Shown: positions 18,842 through 28,641 of the stretch, one piece after another
Layout of the letters: each line of letters opens with the position of its first letter
How positions within the stretch are numbered: the stretch's first letter is position 1
IMG/VR virus record: IMGVR_UViG_2925307165_000003
Location: 6,264-70,263 of that record
Direction: 5' to 3' (one strand)
Source: a virus
Taxonomy: Duplodnaviria > Caudoviricetes
Length of the DNA stretch: 64,000 nt
Position numbers and translations under genes: made by a program
Notes under the pieces: model-generated
What the model was told of the DNA's origin: nothing
The model's database searches: none
What the model saw: only the letters and a program-made list of their open reading frames with translations

Positions 18842-19192
18842 ATGTCTAAACAGCCAAGGTTAATTGACGCAGATAAACTGTTGGGAGATATGAAACAACA
18901 TCTCAAAAAGCTAGAAGGTCAACTACCTATCGACGATGAAATTCGCTTCCAGCGCAATGATGCACAACTGGATATTTTAGAACTATACATCCAAAAGTTT
19001 GAGAAAGGCGAGTTTGATCTTACAACTGAACCAAGACCAAATTACAAGGTCACTTATAATAGATGCCGAAACCATATCGTTCCAATTTATGTTGAAGAGT
19101 ATATTGTACGTCCGTCAGAAAATGAAATGGAACATACGAAGCAATTACTCATGGCAGAAGAATATGTTCTTGAAATGTACTTGAGGAGATGA
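18842..19192 (+). CDS. Hypothetical phage protein
   Basis: RLIDADKL N-terminus common in phage early proteins. Confidence 0.7.
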   Translation: MSKQPRLIDADKLLGDMKQHLKKLEGQLPIDDEIRFQRNDAQLDILELYIQKFEKGEFDLTTEPRPNYKVTYNRCRNHIVPIYVEEYIVRPSENEMEHTKQLLMAEEYVLEMYLRR

Positions 19193-19198
19193 ATTGAC

Positions 19199-19354
19199 TT
19201 GAAGACAGAATCTAAAATTCACGATTACGATCTATTCGATAAAGATTTCGAAGAGTTCCTGCGCCAAGGGTTTGAATCCTATGGGATACCAGAAGGCCAA
19301 GAATCCGTAGTAAACATGGATGAAATCCACTCTATACTAATCGTGAATATGTAA
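19199..19354 (+). CDS. Small hypothetical protein (not in ORF track)
   Basis: GAGGAG SD then TTG; 51 aa. Confidence 0.4.
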   Translation: MKTESKIHDYDLFDKDFEEFLRQGFESYGIPEGQESVVNMDEIHSILIVNM

Positions 19355-19372
19355 GATGCCCGCAAGGAGGTT

Positions 19373-20032
19373 ATGCCAATGATAGAGTTGATTCCTGCAC
19401 AAAAGAGCGACTTCACTCCGAAAAATGATTTAGCCGATATCACAAGAGCTTATCAGGTTCAGTTCTTCACAAACGCAGATCAAGAGGACATTCGAAAAGC
19501 CCTGTGGCTGCTAAACAGTTACCGCACCATCAAGGGGCTGGTAGACAGCTATGAATTCGTCCTTAAGCAGCCGCAGGAAAACGGATTGAATGATTTTGAC
19601 ATGGCCGGAGTGGAAGGAGCTGTCAAACGCCTCGGCACAGACGACCACATCTCTAATTTGCCAGCCAATGTACTAATAGCTAAAGAGACACGCCATCTTA
19701 ACTATATGCTATATAAACGAGTTACGGAGGCTGTGATGCATGCAGCAAATAACATCATTGACCCTCATCAATTCAAAATCGTTGAATTACTGTTCACCGG
19801 CGAAAGAAAGTTTAGATACAAAGACGCCGTAGAGTACATGAGGCACGAAAGAAAAAAAGGGATATACAGCATAGAGGCTACTACATTCGCGGAAAAGCGC
19901 CGGAAAGTCATCGCTTCACTGACGAATACGCTTCTTTTCAACGGCACACTTGACTATGTAACAATCGATTATGGACGGGGCCGGAATAAAGAGGGTGAAA
20001 TCGGATTAAGACAACTCAACCGCGAAGGGTAG
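19373..20032 (+). CDS. Probable late transcriptional activator (ArpU/RinA-like)
   Basis: Last early gene before the packaging region; C-terminal HTH-like segment; -10 box just downstream. Confidence 0.6.
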   Translation: MPMIELIPAQKSDFTPKNDLADITRAYQVQFFTNADQEDIRKALWLLNSYRTIKGLVDSYEFVLKQPQENGLNDFDMAGVEGAVKRLGTDDHISNLPANVLIAKETRHLNYMLYKRVTEAVMHAANNIIDPHQFKIVELLFTGERKFRYKDAVEYMRHERKKGIYSIEATTFAEKRRKVIASLTNTLLFNGTLDYVTIDYGRGRNKEGEIGLRQLNREG

Positions 20033-20039
20033 ATACCTG

Positions 20040-20116
20040 GAGCGGTATTTTTCTGCCCAATAGCATAGTATGGCGTGATTTCCGTAGCGTATCAGCAATA
20101 ACCCCCAAATATAATA
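20040..20116 (+). promoter_or_regulatory. Putative activator-dependent late promoter
   Basis: TATAAT at 20110-20115 with no canonical -35, right after the activator gene. Confidence 0.5.
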
Positions 20117-20124
20117 AAGATACC

Positions 20125-20535
20125 GAGGCGAGAGCTTCCGTACCACTCTATATCTGGTTGCGGTAAACTGTGACGGGCATATCACACCGCAGCTCATACC
20201 CACTCACCTCCTGGGCAACCGTGATCTCAGCGGCTAAAGATATGGATCGAGAACGTGAACCGGATACGTAAATAAATAACCGGGTCGAACTACTAATTGG
20301 AGACAGTGCACATAGGGGGATACCCCGAAGTATTAAAGGTGCACATTGTTGCTCAAGCCGGAGCATGGGGGATTAGCGGTAGCCGCATGATATAAATTAC
20401 CGCCCAATACTAAACAACATACCGAAGCACTTACGGATAAATAAGTGCATCATAAAAACAGTCGATGGCCTTCTGCAGAGGCACGTGCTAAGGGAACACT
20501 CCCGATAAGAGTGTTAGACAAAGCATCATCGGCTA
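20125..20535 (+). ncRNA. Candidate large structured non-coding RNA
   Basis: No credible ORF; about a dozen complementary helices forming multibranch domains (see findings). Confidence 0.6.
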
Positions 20536-20651
20536 TTCTATTATGTTATCCTAACAAATAATTAGAAAAAAAGTTTTGAAAAAGAGGAGTTAAAGTCTGA
20601 ATGTTGAATAACCATTATTAAGACTGAGTATATAGTATAGAGGAGCCATTT

Positions 20652-21008
20652 ATGAAGGAGTTCATAAATCAAAAATATCAGTTAGCAAAGATTGAAAAAG
20701 ATATTGCGGAAATCAGAATATTAGAAAAACAAAAACACGATGAAATAGAATCTTGGGGAAAAAAGTATTTTACGAAATCAGTAAGAGAAAATATCATCGA
20801 AGCTATAAAGGCGGATGAGGAACAAAATAGGATATTGCCTTCACTGATTGAATGCAATGAGAAATGGGAAAGCGGACAAATTACTTACACCGATGTTATA
20901 ACTTTTTCCACGTATGATTCACGTATTCAAGAAATTGAGAGCAAGGATTACAGCCATACTTTTATATCGAGAATACATAAGATTATTTTGGGGGGCGGGA
21001 CAAAATGA
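20652..21008 (+). CDS. Hypothetical protein (AT-rich accessory cluster)
   Basis: AGAGGAG SD. Confidence 0.7.
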   Translation: MKEFINQKYQLAKIEKDIAEIRILEKQKHDEIESWGKKYFTKSVRENIIEAIKADEEQNRILPSLIECNEKWESGQITYTDVITFSTYDSRIQEIESKDYSHTFISRIHKIILGGGTK

Positions 21009-21346
21009 CAATATCCTTCGCTCTTATTATGAATAAAAGTATAAGATTTTCAAAATTAGTTAAAATTACTGAAAGTTATTTTGGAGTAATATCGAAAAAA
21101 ATTGGTAAGTTTAATGCAAATTGCATTAATCTAAATGATGGTTATTTAATTGATATTACTCCGAACAAAATCCACTTTATCTTTTTAGGACAGATGGATG
21201 GTATGGTTAAAACAAGATTAATTAGTGAAATTAATATCTTTGTATCCTTATATCTTTCAGATCAAACAATTGCCATAAAATGGTACACTCCTGAAACTAG
21301 TTTTTTATTTAACGACATGCAAATGGACAACATGATTTTAATTTAA
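21005..21346 (+). CDS. Hypothetical protein (AT-rich accessory cluster)
   Basis: ATGA-coupled to previous ORF. Confidence 0.65.
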   Translation: MTISFALIMNKSIRFSKLVKITESYFGVISKKIGKFNANCINLNDGYLIDITPNKIHFIFLGQMDGMVKTRLISEINIFVSLYLSDQTIAIKWYTPETSFLFNDMQMDNMILI

Positions 21347-21362
21347 TCGGAGGAAATTTATC

Positions 21363-21827
21363 ATGAATAAAGATGGTCTAGAATTACTGCTTTCTGGTCA
21401 CAATTACAGATATTTGGAAGACGTGAAGGAAAACGCAGAAATTGATATGTTCGAAGTTGATATAGATCTTCCTGGTGGAGTTTATATTTGGTTTCAAGAT
21501 GATGTGAATTGCTTAAGACTTTTTATGCCAAGAATTATTGAAGTTTATGAAGCTGTACTTCCTTTTGCGTATAAAGAAATTAATACTCTAAACTTCGAAT
21601 CATTTTACGGCGCGCTTTCAATAACAGGGAGTAAAGAAAAAGATAATGAACAAGTTAAATACTTTCTGAATTACATAAATGCAGTACCTCTAGCCCGCGA
21701 AGAAGGGATTTATCTAAGTTCTGAAGAGTTTGACGAATACATCACTTATATCAGATATTACGTATCAAAAGCGATCAAAAGCTTAAGTGATATTGAAAGG
21801 TCCTTTACAAATGGCCTTAACGTATAG
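21363..21827 (+). CDS. Acidic hypothetical protein, possibly YbjN-like fold
   Basis: GGAGG SD; YKEINTLNFESFYGALSI pattern reminiscent of YbjN domains. Confidence 0.55.
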   Translation: MNKDGLELLLSGHNYRYLEDVKENAEIDMFEVDIDLPGGVYIWFQDDVNCLRLFMPRIIEVYEAVLPFAYKEINTLNFESFYGALSITGSKEKDNEQVKYFLNYINAVPLAREEGIYLSSEEFDEYITYIRYYVSKAIKSLSDIERSFTNGLNV

Positions 21828-22233
21828 ACTTTTACAAATGTGTGCTTTTCTTTTTTTTACAACACTAGGTGTAATTAGAGTTTTTGATAATGAATTCCCT
21901 TTTTTAACTTTTTTGAATATAACCTCTCTAATACTTTCGTTACTTGTAATGTTATATACTGTAAGAGATAGAGCATTAAATTTATTCTTGCCTCTAAACA
22001 AAATAAATTATTTAGATCATTTCATTTCTATTTTAATGATTGGAACAATCTTAGTTTTCATTATATTGTGTATATTTGCATATTTTAATCTTATTTCTAC
22101 TTCGCTTAGTGATAGTTTTGCGATTTTTGCATTAGGTATATCACTTTCTAATGCTTGGTTATCTGAAGTATTAATAAACATAATAACGACTATTTTATTT
22201 AATTCAGAAAACAATAAAGATCTACCTTCATGA
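21787..22233 (+). CDS. Multi-pass membrane protein
   Basis: About 4 hydrophobic segments. Confidence 0.6.
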   Translation: MILKGPLQMALTYRLLQMCAFLFFTTLGVIRVFDNEFPFLTFLNITSLILSLLVMLYTVRDRALNLFLPLNKINYLDHFISILMIGTILVFIILCIFAYFNLISTSLSDSFAIFALGISLSNAWLSEVLINIITTILFNSENNKDLPS

Positions 22234-22314
22234 CTATATGCTAAAAAAGTGTGAAATTAAGCAGTAAATCTGTATCTTTTAAATGATAAGATATAACAAA
22301 TCTATCTTTACCCA

Positions 22315-22340
22315 AGAGCGCCCAATGAGGCGCTTTTTCT
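22315..22340 (+). terminator. Intrinsic terminator
   Basis: GAGCGCC/GGCGCTT stem plus T-tract. Confidence 0.75.
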
Positions 22341-22376
22341 ATTGCTCAGGAAAATTTTCCTTAACGGTATGTATGC

Positions 22377-22520
22377 TTGTAAGCCTTCTGTAACGTTACA
22401 AGAATTACAAGCTAAACCCTTATAGAATAAGGCGCTTCATTATATGCGTTCAAACCTGTAACGCTTCAAACGTTACAAAGTGCCATTACAAGCGTTACAA
22501 AACGTTACAAACGTTACAAG
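22377..22520. repeat. Clustered (CG)TTACAA / TGTAAC repeats upstream of small terminase; candidate packaging-initiation region
   Basis: About 7 TTACAA copies plus inverted TGTAA copies, including palindrome TGTAACGTTACA at 22389-22400. Confidence 0.6.
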
Positions 22521-22540
22521 AATAGAAAGGGGTATGAGAA

Positions 22541-23215
22541 GTGGCAAAACCATCAAAGATTGAAACATTAGGATGTCAGGAAATAGTGTGGGCTGGAGTA
22601 CGGAACGGAAAAACTGTCCGAGCGATCGCCGAGGAATGTTCTGAATGGGCTAACGAGCAAGTATCACATACAGCTGTAGCGAAGTATGTCAAAGAGAAGG
22701 GGACGGCAGAACAAGCCAAGAAGAAAGATGCAATTGTGGCTGACCGCAGGCGTGTGATTAAGACAGTTCATCAGGAGATAGATATTATTCAAACCAACCT
22801 TGATGCAACCAAACGCCTCATTGATCGATTTGAACTGGTGGACGATCTACCGAAGTTGTTCAGAGAAGAGATGGATGAACTCATAAATAAACTCATGGAA
22901 GACGGCGAGGAGTTCAACTACGTGAGTTTTATTGAAGGCTGGCAGAATTCATTTGAAGTGGAGTTGCGTCGAAAGGTAGTTGAAATCGTTTCACTTAACC
23001 GTGAGGTACGCGAGAACATGAAGTTCCTTGTTGCATTAAGGGAGAAGGCGTTCCAATTCGAGCTGGTACAAGAGTACATTAACATCTTCATGGAGATATT
23101 CCAGGAAGAGTCTAGTGATGGAGCTTATGACCGTTCGATCATCCGTATATCCGCCAACCCACGTATGAAGCAACTGATTGATCAGCAGAAGCTCTATACA
23201 GGCGGCGGTGAATAA
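22541..23215 (+). CDS. terS: Probable terminase small subunit
   Basis: N-terminal HTH-like segment; directly upstream of large terminase. Confidence 0.65.
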   Translation: MAKPSKIETLGCQEIVWAGVRNGKTVRAIAEECSEWANEQVSHTAVAKYVKEKGTAEQAKKKDAIVADRRRVIKTVHQEIDIIQTNLDATKRLIDRFELVDDLPKLFREEMDELINKLMEDGEEFNYVSFIEGWQNSFEVELRRKVVEIVSLNREVRENMKFLVALREKAFQFELVQEYINIFMEIFQEESSDGAYDRSIIRISANPRMKQLIDQQKLYTGGGE

Positions 23216-23217
23216 AT

Positions 23218-25029
23218 GTGCTGGCTAAACTGCATGAACAGATCCGTAAAGCTGCTGAAGCAATTGGAGGAGCGAAAGGCCCGAAGCTAAAGTACATTGA
23301 TTTGGCTGGAGAAATAAACAGAAAGATCGAAAGTGAATATAGAGATAATCCAGCAGGCCTTAAAGAACTCAAGGGAAACCTTGATGACTTTGAGGCCTTT
23401 TGTTTTGAATTCCTGCGGATTAAGACTAAGACGGGGGATATCGTACCACTCACGCTGAACAAGGCGCAGAAGAAGCTTGCCAAAACAGTATTCGACCAAA
23501 TCAAGTCAGGCAAGCCGGTGCGTATCATCATTCTTAAAGCACGGCAAATGGGGTTCTCCACGACAACCGAGGCCATAATCTACTATTTATCTTCGTTGCA
23601 GGAAGCAAAGAATGCGTTCATCGTAGCTCAGGACTCCAGCGCATCTGAAAACCTTTATGATATGTTTCGGCTTTACTATGACTACATCCCCGAGCATATC
23701 AAACCTATGCGTAAACGGAATAACAGCCGCCGCCTAACATTCGAGAGTCCGGCGATGAAGGACGTTGACCGTAAGAAGGAGCCGGGGCTTAAATCCAAGA
23801 TCACGGTACAGTCAGCAGAGAATCGCGTCCTTGCCCGTTCGGAGACAATTCATTACCTTCACATATCAGAGTTGGCTTTCTGGCCGGAGAACCGTAAGAA
23901 GAAGCATCTTGCTTCCCTGTTCGCTGCGCTATCAAAGGAACCGCGCACCGTTGGTATCATCGAATCAACAGCAAATGGTATTGAAATCTATAAAGAGATG
24001 TGGGATAACGCGGTAGCAGGGAAGAATGACTATATCCCTTTGTTCTTCCCATGGTTCGATATGCCAGATTATCGCATGAGGGTTCCGGCTGACTTTGAGC
24101 TCACTAAGGAAGAAATTGAGCTTAAGACTAAGTTTGACCTGGCTGACGAACAGCTTGAATGGCGGCGATACACAATTCGCAATGACTTTGAAGGCGATGA
24201 GAAACTGTTTCGTCAGGAGTATCCGTCCACACCAGAAGAAGCGTTCCTCGTCACCGGTAGAACAGTATTCAATCAAGATAAATTAGATGCTATGTCGAAG
24301 CACACCAAAAAAGGAACGAAGTATTCAATCGTTATTCCTCCTGCTATTGAAGGCACAGGTTACGATTGGACAACTGTTAATTTCATTGAGGATGAGCGTG
24401 GAGAGTTTGAAATCTTTTGCGAATATGATCCAGACAAAGAATACTGCATAGGAGCTGACGTAGCTGAAGGGTTGGAGGGCGGCGATGCTTCGGCAGCCTA
24501 TATCATTGATGCTGAGACCGGAGAGGATGTTGCTGCTGTTTACGGACAAATGGATTTGGACATCTATGCCAAGCAATTGGACTATGTGGGTCGTATGTAT
24601 GGCGATGCTTTGCTTGGCGTTGAAACGAACAATGTGGGTCACAGTGTCATTAACACGCTGCTGAACGTGACATTTTATCCAAACCTATATCATCATGACT
24701 CCTATAACGCAGAAGCTGGAGCCAATGAGAATAGACCGGGATGGCCGACAACAACAGTTACCCGCCCTATTCTGGTTGATGCAATGATCGAAGGCATCCG
24801 CGAAGGAGTATGGCGAATCAACGATGCCAATCTGATCAGTGAAATGAAGACATTTGTCCGCAATAGGGCTGGTAAGCCGCAGGCTATGGGCAAGGGAACA
24901 TTAGGCGGATGTAAGGATGATAGAGTCTTAGGCTACGGAATAGCCCATCAAATGAGATTGCGACGTCCGCCGAGCATTAAACACATAATGTTACCTTCTA
25001 TAGGTGGCATAACTATCAAACGTTTATAA
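23218..25029 (+). CDS. terL: Terminase large subunit
   Basis: IILKARQMGFST, LHISELAFW, ESTANG, GADVAEG, KDDRV. Confidence 0.95.
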   Translation: MLAKLHEQIRKAAEAIGGAKGPKLKYIDLAGEINRKIESEYRDNPAGLKELKGNLDDFEAFCFEFLRIKTKTGDIVPLTLNKAQKKLAKTVFDQIKSGKPVRIIILKARQMGFSTTTEAIIYYLSSLQEAKNAFIVAQDSSASENLYDMFRLYYDYIPEHIKPMRKRNNSRRLTFESPAMKDVDRKKEPGLKSKITVQSAENRVLARSETIHYLHISELAFWPENRKKKHLASLFAALSKEPRTVGIIESTANGIEIYKEMWDNAVAGKNDYIPLFFPWFDMPDYRMRVPADFELTKEEIELKTKFDLADEQLEWRRYTIRNDFEGDEKLFRQEYPSTPEEAFLVTGRTVFNQDKLDAMSKHTKKGTKYSIVIPPAIEGTGYDWTTVNFIEDERGEFEIFCEYDPDKEYCIGADVAEGLEGGDASAAYIIDAETGEDVAAVYGQMDLDIYAKQLDYVGRMYGDALLGVETNNVGHSVINTLLNVTFYPNLYHHDSYNAEAGANENRPGWPTTTVTRPILVDAMIEGIREGVWRINDANLISEMKTFVRNRAGKPQAMGKGTLGGCKDDRVLGYGIAHQMRLRRPPSIKHIMLPSIGGITIKRL

Positions 25030-25104
25030 TTACCAAATTATTCTTTAACAACGCTAAAACATTTGATAGAATTGGATCAAATTCTAATGAATGGAGAACA
25101 TACT

Positions 25105-25839
25105 ATGGTAATTAGCAGAGCATTTAATAAGGAAATTCAATCTTCTCTTAATTCAAAATATCTTTCGAGTGAAGACTTTGAAGTTTCAACAAAAAAAGAA
25201 CAAAAAGGCGGCTTAAGTGTTACAATTACTTATTTGTACAATCCACAATACGAGTTCTATTTTAAGTCAGGAGATCAAATAAATATCGTTAGAAGACCTG
25301 GAGAAATGGCTGAAAACGAAAGTCTTGTCGTCACGGGAAAAGACGGCATATTAACGGCTATTTACAAGTGGTTAAAGAATATTGAGGCAGAAACCAAAGC
25401 TGCCCCAATTTTAAGAGAAATTATGGAGCATAAAGTAGAGGTTGATTTACAAATATCTGAATTAGAAAATTCAATTAAAGATATAGGTCAAGATGACTTT
25501 ACTAAAGATGAGATATCAAGCTTGATCGAGAAATTGAACAAATTCCAAGAAGAGTTTGAATCTAGGCTAGAAGAAGAAATTCAAGACAAACAGAAATTAA
25601 GAAATGAGATCAACAATATAGGGAACGAAATAGAATTTCTCAAGTCACAAATACAGCTTTTAACCAAGCAAAACTGGGTGAAATCATTACTGGTTAAATC
25701 AATAAACTGGCGCAAGCGGAATCCGCAAGCAATGAATACTTTAGTAAATTTAACTAGAGAGATGCTTCCGGAAGGTGTGAGGGAGCACATTCCTGACGCT
25801 GTAGTAGATTTAATAGCACCAACAAGTGAAGATCATTAA
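25105..25839 (+). CDS. Coiled-coil hypothetical protein (accessory)
   Basis: AT-rich ORF between terL and portal; GGAG SD before ATG 25105. Confidence 0.65.
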   Translation: MVISRAFNKEIQSSLNSKYLSSEDFEVSTKKEQKGGLSVTITYLYNPQYEFYFKSGDQINIVRRPGEMAENESLVVTGKDGILTAIYKWLKNIEAETKAAPILREIMEHKVEVDLQISELENSIKDIGQDDFTKDEISSLIEKLNKFQEEFESRLEEEIQDKQKLRNEINNIGNEIEFLKSQIQLLTKQNWVKSLLVKSINWRKRNPQAMNTLVNLTREMLPEGVREHIPDAVVDLIAPTSEDH

Positions 25840-25968
25840 TTTTCATATTAGCACGAGACAAAAAATCACCTTGTTTTTTTGTCCATGCTTCCTAGTATTG
25901 GAGGTGTTACAATAAAGAGGAATTAAGTTCGTGATGCATTGTGTAAGTAAAATTAAAGGGGGATTTTT

Positions 25969-26505
25969 GTGAGCATCCATGACTACCTTGATAGACTTGA
26001 AGGAAATAGCAAACGTCATATCTTGTTAATTGTAACTCCGAAAGAAAAATACCCAATTAACTTTTTAGACGAAAACTACTATTCGCTTGAAAACTCAATT
26101 CTTCAAACACCTAAAGAATACATGAGTTTATATGGCGATGATCCAAATGAAATTATGCATTATGTAGCTTTCAGAGAATACCTAAGACCTATAATTTGTG
26201 ATAAATACAGTGTAGCTTATCAAACTACCGATAAAATTAAAAGGTCAAGAGAAGAAGAAATTATCAGCTTCATCGTCGCAAAACATTTCTACGATAATGT
26301 GCCAAGCGGAATTAAAAAAGAAGATGCTGCAATATCTGATGGTCTAATCTTGGCTGAGGACTTCTTATCTAAATTCCCATTGAATAAATTTGAACATGTT
26401 TTAGTGAAAGTAGGTAAGAATAGCGATGAAGCAAATGTTTTGATAGATATATCTTTCCAAAACAGGACTGACAATTATTATTTTGATCATGTTTATATTC
26501 ATTAA
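25969..26505 (+). CDS. Hypothetical protein (accessory)
   Basis: AAGGGGG SD; 178 aa. Confidence 0.65.
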   Translation: MSIHDYLDRLEGNSKRHILLIVTPKEKYPINFLDENYYSLENSILQTPKEYMSLYGDDPNEIMHYVAFREYLRPIICDKYSVAYQTTDKIKRSREEEIISFIVAKHFYDNVPSGIKKEDAAISDGLILAEDFLSKFPLNKFEHVLVKVGKNSDEANVLIDISFQNRTDNYYFDHVYIH

Positions 26506-26526
26506 AGAAAAAAAGGAAGACAATAA

Positions 26527-26731
26527 ATGAGCCAATTAAAAAACAGAGGAATTTGAAAGTTTTGTGACTATGGAGTTAGATGTTTATGTATATTCTATCG
26601 AAGACATCAATGGATCTCCTGTGGAAGTGGGGTTAATAACAGATTTTAACCCATTGAGAGATACTGTATATGTCAATAACCGCCCATACGATCAAAAGGA
26701 ATACGTGTTTTTAAATCAAGGAGACCTTTGA
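26527..26731 (+). pseudogene. Frameshifted small ORF
   Basis: MSQLK then a shift in the A6 run restores TEEFESFVTMELDVYVY...QGDL*. Confidence 0.45.
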
Positions 26732-26781
26732 AAGGTGAATTCTTGACTTAAAATAATTATTAATAGTGGAGGGAAGCAAGC

Positions 26782-27057
26782 ATGTTAATTGGAGTGGATA
26801 TATCAGAATATGATAAGAAACACGTCGAAGAAATAATGCTTAGATTGCAAGGGAACAAAGCGACATCTGAAGATTTAGGGTGGATTATGAATATTGCACA
26901 TCAAAATGTGAGAAAGTTTTCTCATTCTCAACTTGATGATGTGCTAAGGGTGGCGGAGGTTTTAATAAATGGATTGCATCCATTGAACAAAACGATCGAT
27001 AATAATGAATATGTCATTAAAAAGTTATCTGGAGCGTTCAATATTAAAGAATGGTAA
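26782..27057 (+). CDS. Hypothetical protein (accessory)
   Basis: GGAGG SD. Confidence 0.65.
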   Translation: MLIGVDISEYDKKHVEEIMLRLQGNKATSEDLGWIMNIAHQNVRKFSHSQLDDVLRVAEVLINGLHPLNKTIDNNEYVIKKLSGAFNIKEW

Positions 27058-27175
27058 ATCCGTAGTGGTAACGTACGAAAATCAAGTTATTATTAATCCA
27101 TAGAAGTATGAACGAATATAGAAGGTCAGGAAACTTTTCCTGCCTTCTATTTTTATGTCTTGAGGAGGTGAAATC

Positions 27176-28636
27176 TTGAAATGGTATCATAAAGCATTAT
27201 ATTCATTAGCAAACGCAGTGCTTCCGGCATCGGTAAAGCGTCAGATGATGGGTGTAGGCAGATCAACAGTAACCAGCAACTCAAACAATTGGGGTATCTT
27301 CAACTGGTTGCCGAAGAAGTACCAGAACGTCCATAACATCGACTTGACCAAATTACAGAATCATACAGCAGAAGAACTGCTTGAGCTGCTTATCTCTGTT
27401 CACCCGGACATTTCGCATGCGTTATATACCTATCTTAGAATGGGTGACACTGAGCTAACCTTTACAGCTAAGAAGAAGTCGGGGAGCGACGATAAGACCG
27501 GACAACGGGCGTTGGATGAAATTAAGGAAATGCTTGAAACGCCATTGCCGTCACCTGGTTATCAGCACGGACGGTCCCTGGATAAGCTAGACACTATTCA
27601 ACGCATGATGATCATGGTTCGTGGGGCGTGTGCCGGCGAAGTTGTCCTGAATGAACGATGCAATGATGTCATTGATATTGTTCCGGTTGATCCGGCACTG
27701 ATCTGGTTCCGCAGGGAGCCGGTCACGAACAGACTGGTACCGTGGCAATACGTCAAGAACCCGGGCAGCAGGCAGACCGGTGAAGAATGGTTCGGACAGT
27801 ACAAGAAGATTGACACTCCGACATTCATTTATGAAGAGTTTGATCCAATGGTTGATGATCCATATGGCCGAACGCCATTCCTGCCAGTGCTCCAAGTTGT
27901 ATTCTTTCACCTTCAGGTGCTTCAGGATTTGAAGACAGTCGTTCATAACCAGGGCTATCCACGCTTGGACATTTCAATGCTTGAGGAAATCATGTTGAAA
28001 AATATTCCTTCAAGTATCAAAAACGACCCAAAAGCGCAACAGGCGTGGCTTAAGGAACGAATGGACGAGATGCTTACCCATTTCAACTCACTCAATCCAG
28101 ATGACGCCTTAGTCCACTGGGATAGTGTAAAGGTTGAATACCTCAAGGGCGGAAATACAGGCCCGATGATCGACATCAAGAAATTGATTGATATCATTGA
28201 TACCCAAATGGCAACTGGTCTAAAGACACTTCTCACCTTGCTATCCCGGCATCAAGGTTCCACAGAGACATATAGCTCAGTGGATACCCAAATATATATC
28301 AAGTCTGTAGAGTCCGCCCGGAGCGTAACCAAACGTTTCTGGAAGCGGGCTTTTTCTATGGCTGTTAGAGTGCGTGGAGTGCAAACACAGGTTGAAGCTG
28401 ATTATGCGCCGATTGATTTGCGTTCTGATATGGAACGAGAGCGTGATCTGAGAGCAAAGCTTAATAACTACGTACTGGCCGAAAAAGAGCGTTACATTAC
28501 CACCATAGAGGCTGCAACAGAAGCGCGTTGGATAATGGGGCTTAATCCTAAAATTCCACCAGAACTTCTGGCAGAGCTTGAAAAAAAGTATAAAACCGAT
28601 CCAAACGAACAGATTCCACCGAATGGAGGTGAATAA
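27176..28636 (+). CDS. Portal protein
   Basis: 486 aa, position before head genes, DDPYGRTP motif. Confidence 0.8.
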   Translation: MKWYHKALYSLANAVLPASVKRQMMGVGRSTVTSNSNNWGIFNWLPKKYQNVHNIDLTKLQNHTAEELLELLISVHPDISHALYTYLRMGDTELTFTAKKKSGSDDKTGQRALDEIKEMLETPLPSPGYQHGRSLDKLDTIQRMMIMVRGACAGEVVLNERCNDVIDIVPVDPALIWFRREPVTNRLVPWQYVKNPGSRQTGEEWFGQYKKIDTPTFIYEEFDPMVDDPYGRTPFLPVLQVVFFHLQVLQDLKTVVHNQGYPRLDISMLEEIMLKNIPSSIKNDPKAQQAWLKERMDEMLTHFNSLNPDDALVHWDSVKVEYLKGGNTGPMIDIKKLIDIIDTQMATGLKTLLTLLSRHQGSTETYSSVDTQIYIKSVESARSVTKRFWKRAFSMAVRVRGVQTQVEADYAPIDLRSDMERERDLRAKLNNYVLAEKERYITTIEAATEARWIMGLNPKIPPELLAELEKKYKTDPNEQIPPNGGE

Positions 28637-28641
28637 CCAAT

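Noticed and set aside
19260-20650. tRNA genes near the late promoter
   Set aside because: GGTTTGAATCC near 19269 lies in a small ORF with no cloverleaf; no T-loop/acceptor pattern in 20125-20535
23218-25029. Intron or intein in terminase
   Set aside because: Uninterrupted ORF of ordinary length with no splicing motifs
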